From an uncultured Nitrososphaerota archaeon (lineage in GTDB: Archaea; Thermoproteota; Nitrososphaeria; Nitrososphaerales; Nitrosopumilaceae), in assembly GCA_963824385.1 (NCBI GenBank), contig CAWGPD010000003.1:1-64000 (forward strand): 64,000 nt of DNA. The letters are read 5' to 3'. Made by a program: the position numbers and the translations under genes. Within the stretch, counting starts at the first letter, position 1, and every line of letters starts with the position of its first letter. Shown piece by piece: positions 42,642-52,395 of the stretch. The notes below the pieces were generated by a model. That model was not told the DNA's origin. It did no database searches and was given only the letters and a program-made list of their open reading frames with translations.

Positions 42642-42715
42642 GGGCCGGTCGTCTAGCCTAGTAGGATACGCCCTTGGCATGGGTGAGATCGTGGGTTCAA
42701 ATCCCACCCGGTCCA
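42642..42715 (+). tRNA. tRNA-Ala(GGC)
   Basis: CGCCC-TT GGC AT-GGGTG arm. Confidence 0.94.
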
Positions 42716-42720
42716 CTTTT

Positions 42721-43137
42721 TTAAGTTACAGTAATTTCATGAGTAAGCATTGGAGCAAGTGGATTGATGTCTTGCAAATTATCCCAAACAAAAATTTCAA
42801 TTTTATAATCTCCTCTTGTATGTGGTGTCCATGAAAGTGCTGCTTCAAGAGTCTGATTTTTTACAATAGATCCAGTGGCATAATTTAGATCAGATATTGC
42901 ATCATCTGAATTAACTACCTTTACTATGTATGCCCAATCTATGTTCTTATCACTTGAATTCTTTAAAGAAGTTTGTAAGTTAAGCTGCTGATCAACAACA
43001 GGAGATGTGATATCTTCCCCAAGAGAATTTACTATTCTGAAATCTGTTGTTGAAATCTCCTGATATCCATAAGCGGAACTAATTCCAATCATCGCTATTC
43101 CGAAAACTATGAACAGTAAAAACTTCAATGCGTCCAA
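42721..43137 (-). CDS. Secreted Ig-like thaumarchaeal surface protein
   Basis: Signal peptide; SWTP..G.Y..EIFVW..L..PL motif. Confidence 0.75.
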   Translation of the reverse strand: MDALKFLLFIVFGIAMIGISSAYGYQEISTTDFRIVNSLGEDITSPVVDQQLNLQTSLKNSSDKNIDWAYIVKVVNSDDAISDLNYATGSIVKNQTLEAALSWTPHTRGDYKIEIFVWDNLQDINPLAPMLTHEITVT

Positions 43138-43181
43138 TTTTTCATTCTTAGATTTAAATTATCCCAAATCATACTTGATGT

Positions 43182-43466
43182 ATGTCCGAATCTAGAGACA
43201 TAATCTACATAGGAAAGAAGCCTCTGATGGCGTATGTTACTTCTGCGCTCATACAGTTGGCAAATCAACCAAAAATATCAATCAAGGCAAGAGGACTTAG
43301 TATCGGCGCTGCAGTCGACGTAGCACAAATTATTGCGCGAAAGACAGAAAATGCAGGCTTTGCCGTGGGAAACATCACAATAGGCTCAGAACCAATGCAA
43401 TCACAAGATGGACGCACTAGAAATGTTTCTACTATAGAAATAGAAGTAAAGAGAACAAACTCTTAG
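43182..43466 (+). CDS. albA: Alba DNA/RNA-binding protein
   Basis: IGKKPLM.YV, KARG.SI..AVDVA, VSTIEI. Confidence 0.95.
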   Translation: MSESRDIIYIGKKPLMAYVTSALIQLANQPKISIKARGLSIGAAVDVAQIIARKTENAGFAVGNITIGSEPMQSQDGRTRNVSTIEIEVKRTNS

Positions 43467-43503
43467 ATAGGATACCTTGAAAGACTCTTTTCTTTTTTGT
43501 TAA

Positions 43504-44364
43504 TTATTTTGTCGAATACTTGTTTTCCATCTTTTTGAATTTTGTAAGATCTACAATATCGTTAAACTCGTCAAAATTAACAAGAGATTCTTTAAACTTT
43601 ATAGTTGTTCCAGACTTTTTTAATTCTTTTAGAATCTTTAATGTTGCAAATGTGTTTGCATAAAGCACCGATAACGGATATAAAATTAGATTAAATCCCA
43701 TCTTATGCAGTTCATTGGATGAAAGAACAGGTGTCGCTCCACCCTCTATCATATTTGCAACCAAGGGAGCTTTAATCGATTTTCCTATTTTCTTCATCTC
43801 ATCAATTGATTTTGGAGCTTCAACAAAAATTGCATCTGCTCCAATTTCTTTATACAGTAAACCTCTTTCTATTGCAGCATCAATACCTTCAGTAGCTCTG
43901 GCATCTGTCCTTGCAACAATTATAAAATCTTTACTTTTTCTAGCATCAACTGCAGCACGAAGTTTTTCAACATATTCTTCTTTTGGAATTACTTCTTTAC
44001 CGGACATATGTCCGCATCTTTTTGGCCATTTCTGATCTTCAAGAAATATTCCAGATGCTCCAACTGCCTCTAATTCATTTACAAGTTTCCATACACTCAA
44101 TGGATTTCCATAACCTGTGTCTGCATCTACTATAACTGGAACAGAGACTGATTTGCATATTCTTGTTGCATTTTCAATTGTCTCTTTAGATCCGATGAAA
44201 CCATAATCTGGCATACCAAGAAGTGCTGCAGATGTTCCATATCCTGTTTGAAACATTGCTTCAAAACCTACTTTCTGGGCTATTCTTGCAGTTATTGCAT
44301 CGTATACTCCTGGAAAAACAAGAGGTTTTGATTTGTCTAATAATAATTTTCTAATGTTTTTCAA
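43504..44364 (-). CDS. Isocitrate lyase/PEP mutase family (methylisocitrate lyase-like)
   Basis: DADTGYG, EDQ..PKRCGH, ARTDA. Confidence 0.88.
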   Translation of the reverse strand: MKNIRKLLLDKSKPLVFPGVYDAITARIAQKVGFEAMFQTGYGTSAALLGMPDYGFIGSKETIENATRICKSVSVPVIVDADTGYGNPLSVWKLVNELEAVGASGIFLEDQKWPKRCGHMSGKEVIPKEEYVEKLRAAVDARKSKDFIIVARTDARATEGIDAAIERGLLYKEIGADAIFVEAPKSIDEMKKIGKSIKAPLVANMIEGGATPVLSSNELHKMGFNLILYPLSVLYANTFATLKILKELKKSGTTIKFKESLVNFDEFNDIVDLTKFKKMENKYSTK

Positions 44365-44511
44365 CTGTGACTATAATGTTCTACAATTATTTATTACTTG
44401 GTCGAACTTCCATTTTTTCATATTCCTAGATAACACAGAGAATTATGTATCAAGAGGGTGTAGATTCTTCACAAGACATATTTATGAAGCCTGAAAAGTA
44501 GAATTCGAATA

Positions 44512-46224
44512 ATGGTTAACAGCATAGAGCTTGATCTCTTGATAGTAGGTTCTGGTCTTGCTGGTCTTAGGGCCGCAATTCAAGCAGCTAAAGTTAGTTC
44601 AAAGTTAAAGATAGGAGTAATTTCAAAGCTTCAAGTTATGCGTTCACATTCTGTATCTGCCGAAGGTGGAACAGCAGCTGTTCTATATCCTGAAGATGGA
44701 GATTCTATTGAATCTCATGTTTATGATACTGTTAAGGGAAGTGACTTTCTTGGGGATCAGGATGTCATTGAAAGACTTGTACAGGAAATGCCATCTGAAA
44801 TATACCAGCTTGAACATTGGGGAATGCCTTGGTCAAGAAGAGAGGATGGAAGAATTGGTCAAAGGCCATTTGGAGGTTATAGCTTTAGCCGAGCAACATA
44901 TGCTCAGGATAAAGTTGGATTCTATGAGATGCAGACTCTTTATGACACTTGTCAGAAATTTGATAACATAGAATTTTACAATGAATGGTTTGTTACATCT
45001 GTGGTCCATGACGGTCAGAGTTTCTGTGGTATTACAGCAATCGAACTTTCAAGTGGTAATTTCTACATATTCAAGGCAAAAGCGCTAATCATTGCAACTG
45101 GTGGAGCAGGACGAGTTTATAGTTTCTCAACTTATTCATTAGCTTCAACTCCTGATGGTTTGGACATGGCGTATCGTGCAGGAATGGCATTGAAAGACAT
45201 GGAATTTGTTCAGTTTCATCCAACTGGGATATTGCCATCTGGAATTCTAATTACAGAAGCTGCTAGAGGTGAGGGAGGTTATCTGATTAACAAGGATGGT
45301 GAGCGATTTATGAAAAAATACGCACCAAACAAACTTGAACTTGCATCAAGAGATGTTGTTTCGCGTGCAATGATGACAGAAATTAACGAAGGTAGAGGAT
45401 TCAAAAATGAGACTGGAGTAGAATGTCTAAAATTAGATTTAACACATCTTGGCAAAGAAGTAATTATAGGAAAACTTCCTGCCATCCGAGAGATATCGCT
45501 AAAATTCTCTGGTATAGATCCAGTAACTGAACCAATTGATGTAAGACCTGTATGTCACTATATGATGGGTGGAATTCATACAAACATAGACGGTGCAACA
45601 GAAATCCAAGGAATATGGGCAGCTGGCGAAGCTGCATGTAACAGTGTTCATGGCGCAAATAGATTAGGAGCAAACTCAACATCTGAATGTCTTGTTTGGG
45701 GAAAGATAACAGGAGATCTGGCTGCAAAATATGTTCTTGAAGGTAAATCACAACCGCCATTTCCAATGCACTTGATTGCTGCAGAAGAAAAGAGAATCTA
45801 TGATGGAATTTTCAGAGGAAGTGGAAGTGTAAACCCGTATGAAGTACGTCAAGAGTTAACTGATATTATGACTTCCAAAGCTTACGTCTATAGGACTGAA
45901 AGTAACCTAGTTGAAGGATTAAAACAAGTACGACAATTACACCAAAAAACTTGGAAGCATGTGGATGATAAAGCTAAAGAGTATAACACTAACTTTTCAA
46001 ATGTCATGGAACTTGATTCAATGTTTCGTGTAGCTGAAGTTATTCTAATGGGTGCAATTGCAAGAAAGGAATCTAGAGGTGCTCATGCAAGAGTTGATTA
46101 TCCTGATAGGGATGATAAGAACTTCTTACATCATACGCTTGTTTACTATGACACAAAGGAACCTGTTCTTAAGACACATCCAGTAACTATTACTAAATAC
46201 AAGCCAGTGGAGAGGAAATACTAG
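44512..46224 (+). CDS. sdhA: Succinate dehydrogenase flavoprotein
   Basis: GSGLAG, RSHSVSAEGG, QFHPT, HYMMGG, HGANRLG. Confidence 0.96.
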   Translation: MVNSIELDLLIVGSGLAGLRAAIQAAKVSSKLKIGVISKLQVMRSHSVSAEGGTAAVLYPEDGDSIESHVYDTVKGSDFLGDQDVIERLVQEMPSEIYQLEHWGMPWSRREDGRIGQRPFGGYSFSRATYAQDKVGFYEMQTLYDTCQKFDNIEFYNEWFVTSVVHDGQSFCGITAIELSSGNFYIFKAKALIIATGGAGRVYSFSTYSLASTPDGLDMAYRAGMALKDMEFVQFHPTGILPSGILITEAARGEGGYLINKDGERFMKKYAPNKLELASRDVVSRAMMTEINEGRGFKNETGVECLKLDLTHLGKEVIIGKLPAIREISLKFSGIDPVTEPIDVRPVCHYMMGGIHTNIDGATEIQGIWAAGEAACNSVHGANRLGANSTSECLVWGKITGDLAAKYVLEGKSQPPFPMHLIAAEEKRIYDGIFRGSGSVNPYEVRQELTDIMTSKAYVYRTESNLVEGLKQVRQLHQKTWKHVDDKAKEYNTNFSNVMELDSMFRVAEVILMGAIARKESRGAHARVDYPDRDDKNFLHHTLVYYDTKEPVLKTHPVTITKYKPVERKY

Positions 46225-46658
46225 TGACAGAAAGATTGTCAAACCGTGAAGGCATAAAGGGAATGGCAAATCCTACTCGATATGGAATAGAACGAGTCGC
46301 ATATTGGCTACAGAGACTCACTGGACTTGGTTTACTTGCTTATTTGATAGGGCATATTATAGAAACAAGCACAATTGTTCATGGAAAAGTTGCATGGGAT
46401 AAAATGTTAGAATTTACACAGACACCGCAAGGGCATATCATCCTTACACTAGTCATTGGCATGTGTGTTTTTCACACTGCAAATGGAATTAGAGTAATGC
46501 TTGGTCATGGAGGTATAGGAGTTGGAAAACCTGGACAACCAGAATATCCATACAAAGCATCATCATTAAACTATAAACAAAGACTTTGCATCTGGGTCTC
46601 TATCGGACTTGCAGCTCTTGCCATGATGTACGGTGCATCAGTTCTATTTGGTGATTAA
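46224..46658 (+). CDS. sdhC: Succinate dehydrogenase cytochrome b subunit
   Basis: QRLTG, H..NGIR, 3 TM. Confidence 0.88.
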   Translation: MTERLSNREGIKGMANPTRYGIERVAYWLQRLTGLGLLAYLIGHIIETSTIVHGKVAWDKMLEFTQTPQGHIILTLVIGMCVFHTANGIRVMLGHGGIGVGKPGQPEYPYKASSLNYKQRLCIWVSIGLAALAMMYGASVLFGD

Positions 46659-46659
46659 G

Positions 46660-47004
46660 ATGCGAGAAAGTATTATCATGAAAATACATTATGGAACAGC
46701 ATTAGGAGCTGTAGTACTTGTAGCTGTGCACATCTTAATGAGGATGACACAAAACTTTAGTCAGTCATTACAATATCAAAATGTAATTGCAAATTATCAC
46801 TTTTTACCATATGCGTTAATGCTCGAAGCTGTATTGATACTGTTATCTGTACATGGTTTTAATGGTCTGCGAGTAATTCTTTTGGAGCTAAAACAAGGAT
46901 CAGGTTATGAAAAAATGGTCAACTATGGATCTCTTGCATCTATGGTGATTTTGATTGCTTATGGCTCAAGAACTATATTGATGGCGGGAATGGGGGTTTC
47001 TTAG
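46660..47004 (+). CDS. sdhD: Succinate dehydrogenase membrane anchor
   Basis: HGFNGLR, 3 TM; ATG 46660. Confidence 0.85.
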   Translation: MRESIIMKIHYGTALGAVVLVAVHILMRMTQNFSQSLQYQNVIANYHFLPYALMLEAVLILLSVHGFNGLRVILLELKQGSGYEKMVNYGSLASMVILIAYGSRTILMAGMGVS

Positions 47005-47006
47005 AC

Positions 47007-47786
47007 ATGGCAGTTGTAACAGAACCTACACCATCCGAAGAATTAATCACAATTAAAAAAACATCCGGTGAACTAGACACTATAACTCTAAGAATAGCAA
47101 GATCCAATCCTGCAGAAGGACATGAGACCACCTACTCTGAATTCAAGGTTCCAGTAAAGAAATGGACTACAGTTCTAGAAGCAATCTTGTACGTAAAACA
47201 AAATCTTGATCATGCTGTAGCAGTAAGGTACTCTTGTAGACAAGCATCCTGTGGTTCTTGTGGTATGAAGATTAATGGAAAACCTTCACTTGCTTGTTAC
47301 ACAAAGGTTTCAGAATTACACTCAAACGTTATCACAGTTGAACCTATGAATAATTTTCCAATAATTAGGGATCTTGCAGTTGACTTTAAACAACTAATCT
47401 CAAACCATAAAAAAATGAAGCCATTTATTATAAGAGAAGATTCCGAAGTAACACCTGGAACTAAAGAATTTAATCAAACTCCAAAGGACCTTGAAAAATT
47501 TCTCCAGTTCTCATACTGTATCAAGTGTGGTTTGTGTAACTCTGCATGTCCAACAATGGCTACCGATACCTCATTTATTGGTCCACAGGGACTTGCACAG
47601 GCCTACAGATACGTAGCAGATAACCGAGATAAAGGAAAAGAGGAAAGGCTGAAAATCGTAGATACTTCTCATGGAATCTGGCGATGTCACTTTTCTGGAT
47701 CTTGTAGTCACGTTTGTCCAAAAGGTGTTGATCCTGCAATGGCAATACAATTGCTTAGAGGATACATGTTAGGATTTCAAAAATAA
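47007..47786 (+). CDS. sdhB: Succinate dehydrogenase Fe-S subunit
   Basis: SCR...CGSC, CIKCGLC...CP, CHFSGSC...CP. Confidence 0.96.
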   Translation: MAVVTEPTPSEELITIKKTSGELDTITLRIARSNPAEGHETTYSEFKVPVKKWTTVLEAILYVKQNLDHAVAVRYSCRQASCGSCGMKINGKPSLACYTKVSELHSNVITVEPMNNFPIIRDLAVDFKQLISNHKKMKPFIIREDSEVTPGTKEFNQTPKDLEKFLQFSYCIKCGLCNSACPTMATDTSFIGPQGLAQAYRYVADNRDKGKEERLKIVDTSHGIWRCHFSGSCSHVCPKGVDPAMAIQLLRGYMLGFQK

Positions 47787-47790
47787 TATT

Positions 47791-48111
47791 TTAAGGCTTT
47801 TTAGGATTCTTACTAGAGTTGACTTGATTGTTTATGGCTTCTGCCATGAAATGATTTGAAACGTTTACTTTTACATCATCAATACCGTCTATCTTGAGCA
47901 AATAGTCGTGTACATCTTGTGCAATCTTGAATCCAAATATTGCTGGACAAAAAGGACTTGTCAAATGTATGTCAATTTTAACTTCAGGTCCAATAATGTC
48001 AATATTGTCTACTAGTTCAAGCTCCATTATCGAGACATTAATTTCTGGATCAACTACTTTAGTTAGTTCATCAAAAATTTGTCTTCTCAGGTCTTGAGAT
48101 GCCTGTGACAT
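47791..48111 (-). CDS. MIP18/SufT (DUF59) Fe-S assembly protein
   Basis: VVDPEI..SI, LTSPFCP. Confidence 0.9.
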   Translation of the reverse strand: MSQASQDLRRQIFDELTKVVDPEINVSIMELELVDNIDIIGPEVKIDIHLTSPFCPAIFGFKIAQDVHDYLLKIDGIDDVKVNVSNHFMAEAINNQVNSSKNPKKP

Positions 48112-48158
48112 AAATAAAAAAAGCGTCTACGCTATATATAACCATTCTAATTCTTAAA

Positions 48159-49631
48159 TTGGTGTACAGATCAAGATTAGAAGGGAAATTGGATGAAAAC
48201 ACTTTAGAATTTCTCTCGTCAATCTCTGATGATTTTCAAATTGCCTTGTATGATATTCTAGGAAGCCAAGCTCACACTTTGATGCTTTTAGAAAATAAAA
48301 TTATTACAAAACCAGAAGCAACAAAAATTCTCAGTGCCCTTGAGAAACTCAAAAAAGAAGAATTTTCTGAGAAATCTGAATCTGAAGATATTCATGAACT
48401 AATCGAATCTTTAGTGATTAAAAAAGCAGGAAAAGAATCTGGGGGAAAAATGCATACTGCACGCTCAAGAAATGACCAAGTTACACTTGACATACGTATG
48501 AAGATACGTGATGATATCAATATCATCTGTTTTTGTCTAAATGAAGTCATTTCTACGCTAATACAACTAGCAGAAAAGTATCAAAATACCATAATGCCTC
48601 TGTATACTCATCTCCAGCAAGCCCAAGTGGGATTATTCTCTCACTTTCTTCTTGCATATGCAGACGCACTTTTCCGCGATCTTGATAGATTCTATGTGAC
48701 GTATGGTCGCGTCAATGAGTCACCTCTTGGTGCAGGCCCAGTTGGTGGAACGAGTATTCCAATTGATAGGCAATCTACTGCAAAAATGCTTGGATTCAAA
48801 GGACTAGTAGAGAACTCAATTGACGCAACTTCATCACGAGACTTTGTTGCAGAATACGTCGGAAACTGTTCCATCCTAATGACAAACTTGAGTAGAATGG
48901 CAGAAGATTTTATCATATGGTCTACCTCTGAATTTTCTTTTCTTGAATTGTCAGATAAATTTACATCTACATCTAGTGTTATGCCACAAAAGAAAAATCC
49001 TGATATTCTTGAGCTAATCCGTGGTAAAACCGCTCAAGTAATAGGATATCAAATGGCTATCTTGTCAAATCTAAAGGGATTACCATCTGGATACAACCGA
49101 GATCTTCAACAAATCAAAGTTTCTATCTGGCCAACTTCTAAGATAATTATATCATCATTACTTGTAGTAAATTCTCTTCTTAAAACTATGAATGTAAATG
49201 AGAAAAAACTAAGACAAGCAATAGACAAAGGATTTTCTATATCACTTGATATTGCAGAACATCTGGTACGAAAAGGAATACCCTTTAGAGTGTCACACAA
49301 AATAGTTGGGCATCTAGTCCAATTAGCTGTAAATTCAAAAAAATCTTTATCACTACTATCTTTGTCAGAAATAAAAAAAACAATTCCATCCAAAGAAATT
49401 GATGCAAAAGAACTCTACAAAATTATCCAGGCAACAACTCCTGAATCATCATTAGATACTAGAAGGTCGCAAGGATCTTCTGGCAAACATGAACAACAGA
49501 GAATGATTGCAGACAGGAAAAGAAAAATTCAGGCATATGTGGTTGGTACCACTAAGAGAACAAACGAAGTAAGGGCTGCAATAGAATACCTTGAAAGTAA
49601 ATTACAAGTCTTGATAAGAAACAAAGCCTAA
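48159..49631 (+). CDS. argH: Argininosuccinate lyase
   Basis: EDIH, HTARSRNDQ, YTHLQ, SSVMPQKKNPD. Confidence 0.96.
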   Translation: MVYRSRLEGKLDENTLEFLSSISDDFQIALYDILGSQAHTLMLLENKIITKPEATKILSALEKLKKEEFSEKSESEDIHELIESLVIKKAGKESGGKMHTARSRNDQVTLDIRMKIRDDINIICFCLNEVISTLIQLAEKYQNTIMPLYTHLQQAQVGLFSHFLLAYADALFRDLDRFYVTYGRVNESPLGAGPVGGTSIPIDRQSTAKMLGFKGLVENSIDATSSRDFVAEYVGNCSILMTNLSRMAEDFIIWSTSEFSFLELSDKFTSTSSVMPQKKNPDILELIRGKTAQVIGYQMAILSNLKGLPSGYNRDLQQIKVSIWPTSKIIISSLLVVNSLLKTMNVNEKKLRQAIDKGFSISLDIAEHLVRKGIPFRVSHKIVGHLVQLAVNSKKSLSLLSLSEIKKTIPSKEIDAKELYKIIQATTPESSLDTRRSQGSSGKHEQQRMIADRKRKIQAYVVGTTKRTNEVRAAIEYLESKLQVLIRNKA

Positions 49632-49773
49632 AATATATCAGAAACATAGGAAAATCGAAATTTTTATAGGTAAAACTTGTAATTACTTGAATTTAATGTA
49701 GGAAATTTGACTTTAATATTTATTTTACTTAACATATGGGCAAATAACGAATTTTCGCGCATTACGTCTCAAC

Positions 49774-49986
49774 ATGTATCAATTCGTACAACCGCAATCA
49801 AACAACCCTAACTACACTGCGGGTCAAACATGGGGCGCACTCAAAAAAGCCTGGCGAGGATACAAAATCGCAAAGGTTCAGAGTGATAATCCCAGAATGG
49901 CCGAATATGCAAAGAAGATTAGAACACTTCAGCATGACTTGGGAATCAAGCAAGCAGAGTTTCCAGAACTGCATCTAAGTAGTTAG
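49774..49986 (+). CDS. Small hypothetical protein
   Basis: Stand-alone 70-aa ORF with its own upstream spacer and a downstream T-tract. Confidence 0.7.
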   Translation: MYQFVQPQSNNPNYTAGQTWGALKKAWRGYKIAKVQSDNPRMAEYAKKIRTLQHDLGIKQAEFPELHLSS

Positions 49987-50063
49987 AAAACCTCTCTTTT
50001 TGAAGTTACATTCTAAACGAAAATGACATTTTTCATATCATAAATTAATTTGCTAATTTTAAG

Positions 50064-50137
50064 CGGGTTCGCGGGGATTCGGACCCCGGACAGCCGGATT
50101 AAAAGTCCGGTACTCTACCTGGCTGAGCTACGAACCC
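50064..50137 (-). tRNA. tRNA-Lys(TTT)
   Basis: CCGGA-CT TTT AA-TCCGG arm; T-loop reads TCCGAAT. Confidence 0.92.
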
Positions 50138-50236
50138 ATGACAAAACGTCATAGTTGTGTATAATTTAGTCTTTTACAAAATTTTTTGAAGAAAAGAAAG
50201 ACTTTAAACTCATATTTTCTTCCACAATATTTTAAC

Positions 50237-50343
50237 GCCCTTGTAGTATAGAGAGGATGCGGTTAATTCCAATCCTCGTAAAGCCCGGTCTAGAATGGGG
50301 CCCTGTCACGGCCTCGACGCGTGTTCAAATCCCGCCAAGGGCG
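50237..50343 (+). tRNA. tRNA-Asp(GTC) with a 32-nt intron at position 15/16 (50252-50283)
   Basis: Acceptor GCCCTTG/CAAGGGC; anticodon GGGCC-CT GTC AC-GGCCT; BHB-like junctions. Confidence 0.9.
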
Positions 50344-50371
50344 CCATAAATTTTTCTCAGAAATTAAAATC

Positions 50372-51184
50372 TCAAATCTTGGATGATAATCCAAGTTTTT
50401 TCATTATATCAACAAGTGTTTCCTTATTTGCAGCAGCTATGAATGAGATTCTCTTATCATAACTTAATTTCGAGTCAAGTGGCATACCGTTTTCATCAAC
50501 TACAAATCCACCAGCTTCTAAAGCTATTAGATATCCTGCTGCAACATCTGTTATCCTTAATTTCCTTCTAAGATCTACAAATACATCAACTAGTCCACGA
50601 GCAAATATTGCAAGTTCAAGAGCTACTGCTCCAAAATGCCTTACATGATTTGATGCTGCAAGAATTGGTGCTAATTGAGGTAGAGCCTCTGACGAAATTC
50701 CTGAAATGTCAACTCCCACAACAAAGTAAATCGGTTTGTCTTTGTGAACATGAATCTTTTTTCCATTTACATATGCACCGTTGCCTTTTGACGCAGAATA
50801 CAAATCTCCATTATGTAGATCCATGATTACTCCATCTGTGACAGAACTTAGATTATCCTCAGGTGCAAATGCAAGCGAACAGCAAAAGAAAGGTAATCCT
50901 CTTACTGCATTAGTAGAGCCATCAATGGCATCCATTATTACAAATCCTCTAGGATTTGGAGATAATTCGACCATGCCGCACTCTTCTCCAAAAACAGTAC
51001 ATTCAAAATTTATCTCTCGCAGATAATCCAAAACTGTCTTTTCTGCTACAATGTCAATTCGTCGTGATATGTCTCCACCTGCTCCCATTCCGTGGTCTGC
51101 ACCAGATTCCGCTGTTCCTGCAAGATCCTTTACATTGTTATGTACCCTCTTTGCAGCCTCTTCTAAAATTTCTATTACTTTCAC
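50372..51184 (-). CDS. suhB: Inositol monophosphatase / FBPase-IMPase
   Basis: GEE, D.IDGSTN, R..G...LE, D.AAG. Confidence 0.9.
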   Translation of the reverse strand: MKVIEILEEAAKRVHNNVKDLAGTAESGADHGMGAGGDISRRIDIVAEKTVLDYLREINFECTVFGEECGMVELSPNPRGFVIMDAIDGSTNAVRGLPFFCCSLAFAPEDNLSSVTDGVIMDLHNGDLYSASKGNGAYVNGKKIHVHKDKPIYFVVGVDISGISSEALPQLAPILAASNHVRHFGAVALELAIFARGLVDVFVDLRRKLRITDVAAGYLIALEAGGFVVDENGMPLDSKLSYDKRISFIAAANKETLVDIMKKLGLSSKI

Positions 51185-51270
51185 AAGTTTTTCTTTTCCA
51201 AGTCCTAATTTATTTTAAGTAATAAAAAAGTAGGCTTAATGCATAAATAGCAAAAAAGTTGTGCCATTGT

Positions 51271-52389
51271 GTGAGTAGTAAAGATGATTCTATTTTTAGC
51301 AAAGAGGCTCTTCTATCCACTAAACCAGGCAAGGACATAGTCAAGCAGGCATTATTCAAAAGCAAAGGATATAGATTATTTGACAAGTACAAGAAGGAAG
51401 CAGAAGATGAATTTCCAAAATTCACCAAAAGATTCACTGAAGATCTATTAAATGAGATCAAATCCGATCCTAATCCATTTGAAACTCAGGAAAAATTTTC
51501 CAAAGAAGTTGGCTCTACAGAGATTATTCTACAGAAATCGCAAATAGATGAGGTCAAAAAGAGACTAGAAAATTATGAGACTCTTCTAGATAGAGTCTCA
51601 AGAATTCTTAATTCTAACTTTGTTAAAATGACATTTCCAGTTTTTAGTGTGTTATATGATGCATCATCTCAATATTTTGGCGATGTCGAAGATGGTAAGA
51701 AAAAAACAGATATCATTGATGGTCATATCATCGCAATTGATCTAAGTGAACCAATGGATAGGATAATGGACAAAGACGAAGATGTAGAATTTCTAGACGA
51801 TTACAAGTTAATGAATCCATATATCTTGAAGCTTGCAAGAGACAAGATTTCTGTTGGTGGCAAAGAAGTTTTAGAAGAATTTGAGAGGGGTTTCAAAGAT
51901 GCACGAATCGGACAATATATTGATTTTAAATTAAAAATGAATCCTAAGAGTATATCTGAAGAAGAGATGATTTCGTGCTACAAAAAATATAGAGCAGTAA
52001 TGGGAACTGCAGGAAAAAATATGACTCTTGCAAGATTTCCACTTGGAGAAATTTTCTATCTTGGAATGGCAAAAGCTGCAGAATCAGTTGGATGTGGAAA
52101 TGAAATTGAAGATTCTATAAAAAATAAATTTGTAAAAGTTCCTTCCTGGCCTCTATATTACACATTTCTTACAGGTGATGTTCAAAAAGGATTTGATTTT
52201 ACAATGAAAAAAAGTGACATTTACCTAAGTGAGGCACGACTTGCTTTGGAACTATTGCCAGAAAGTTTCTCACACAAAGATTTTCTTGAGTTTCTCTTTT
52301 TAACAGTAGAGCATTACAATCTGTATTGGTTTAATCAACTTTCAAAAGAAAAATTATGGAAAGAATTTGAATCCAAAATTCCAAAGTGA
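51271..52389 (+). CDS. Hypothetical protein; possible divergent isoprenoid-synthase fold
   Basis: Long ORF operonic with rfcL; MDRIMD / GQYID / NEIEDS motifs. Confidence 0.75.
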   Translation: MSSKDDSIFSKEALLSTKPGKDIVKQALFKSKGYRLFDKYKKEAEDEFPKFTKRFTEDLLNEIKSDPNPFETQEKFSKEVGSTEIILQKSQIDEVKKRLENYETLLDRVSRILNSNFVKMTFPVFSVLYDASSQYFGDVEDGKKKTDIIDGHIIAIDLSEPMDRIMDKDEDVEFLDDYKLMNPYILKLARDKISVGGKEVLEEFERGFKDARIGQYIDFKLKMNPKSISEEEMISCYKKYRAVMGTAGKNMTLARFPLGEIFYLGMAKAAESVGCGNEIEDSIKNKFVKVPSWPLYYTFLTGDVQKGFDFTMKKSDIYLSEARLALELLPESFSHKDFLEFLFLTVEHYNLYWFNQLSKEKLWKEFESKIPK

Positions 52390-52395
52390 TTTGAA

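Noticed and set aside
42634..42834. Short ORFs overlapping tRNA genes (also 22422-22610 and the 22447 extension of glmM)
   Set aside because: The sequence is explained by tRNA cloverleafs
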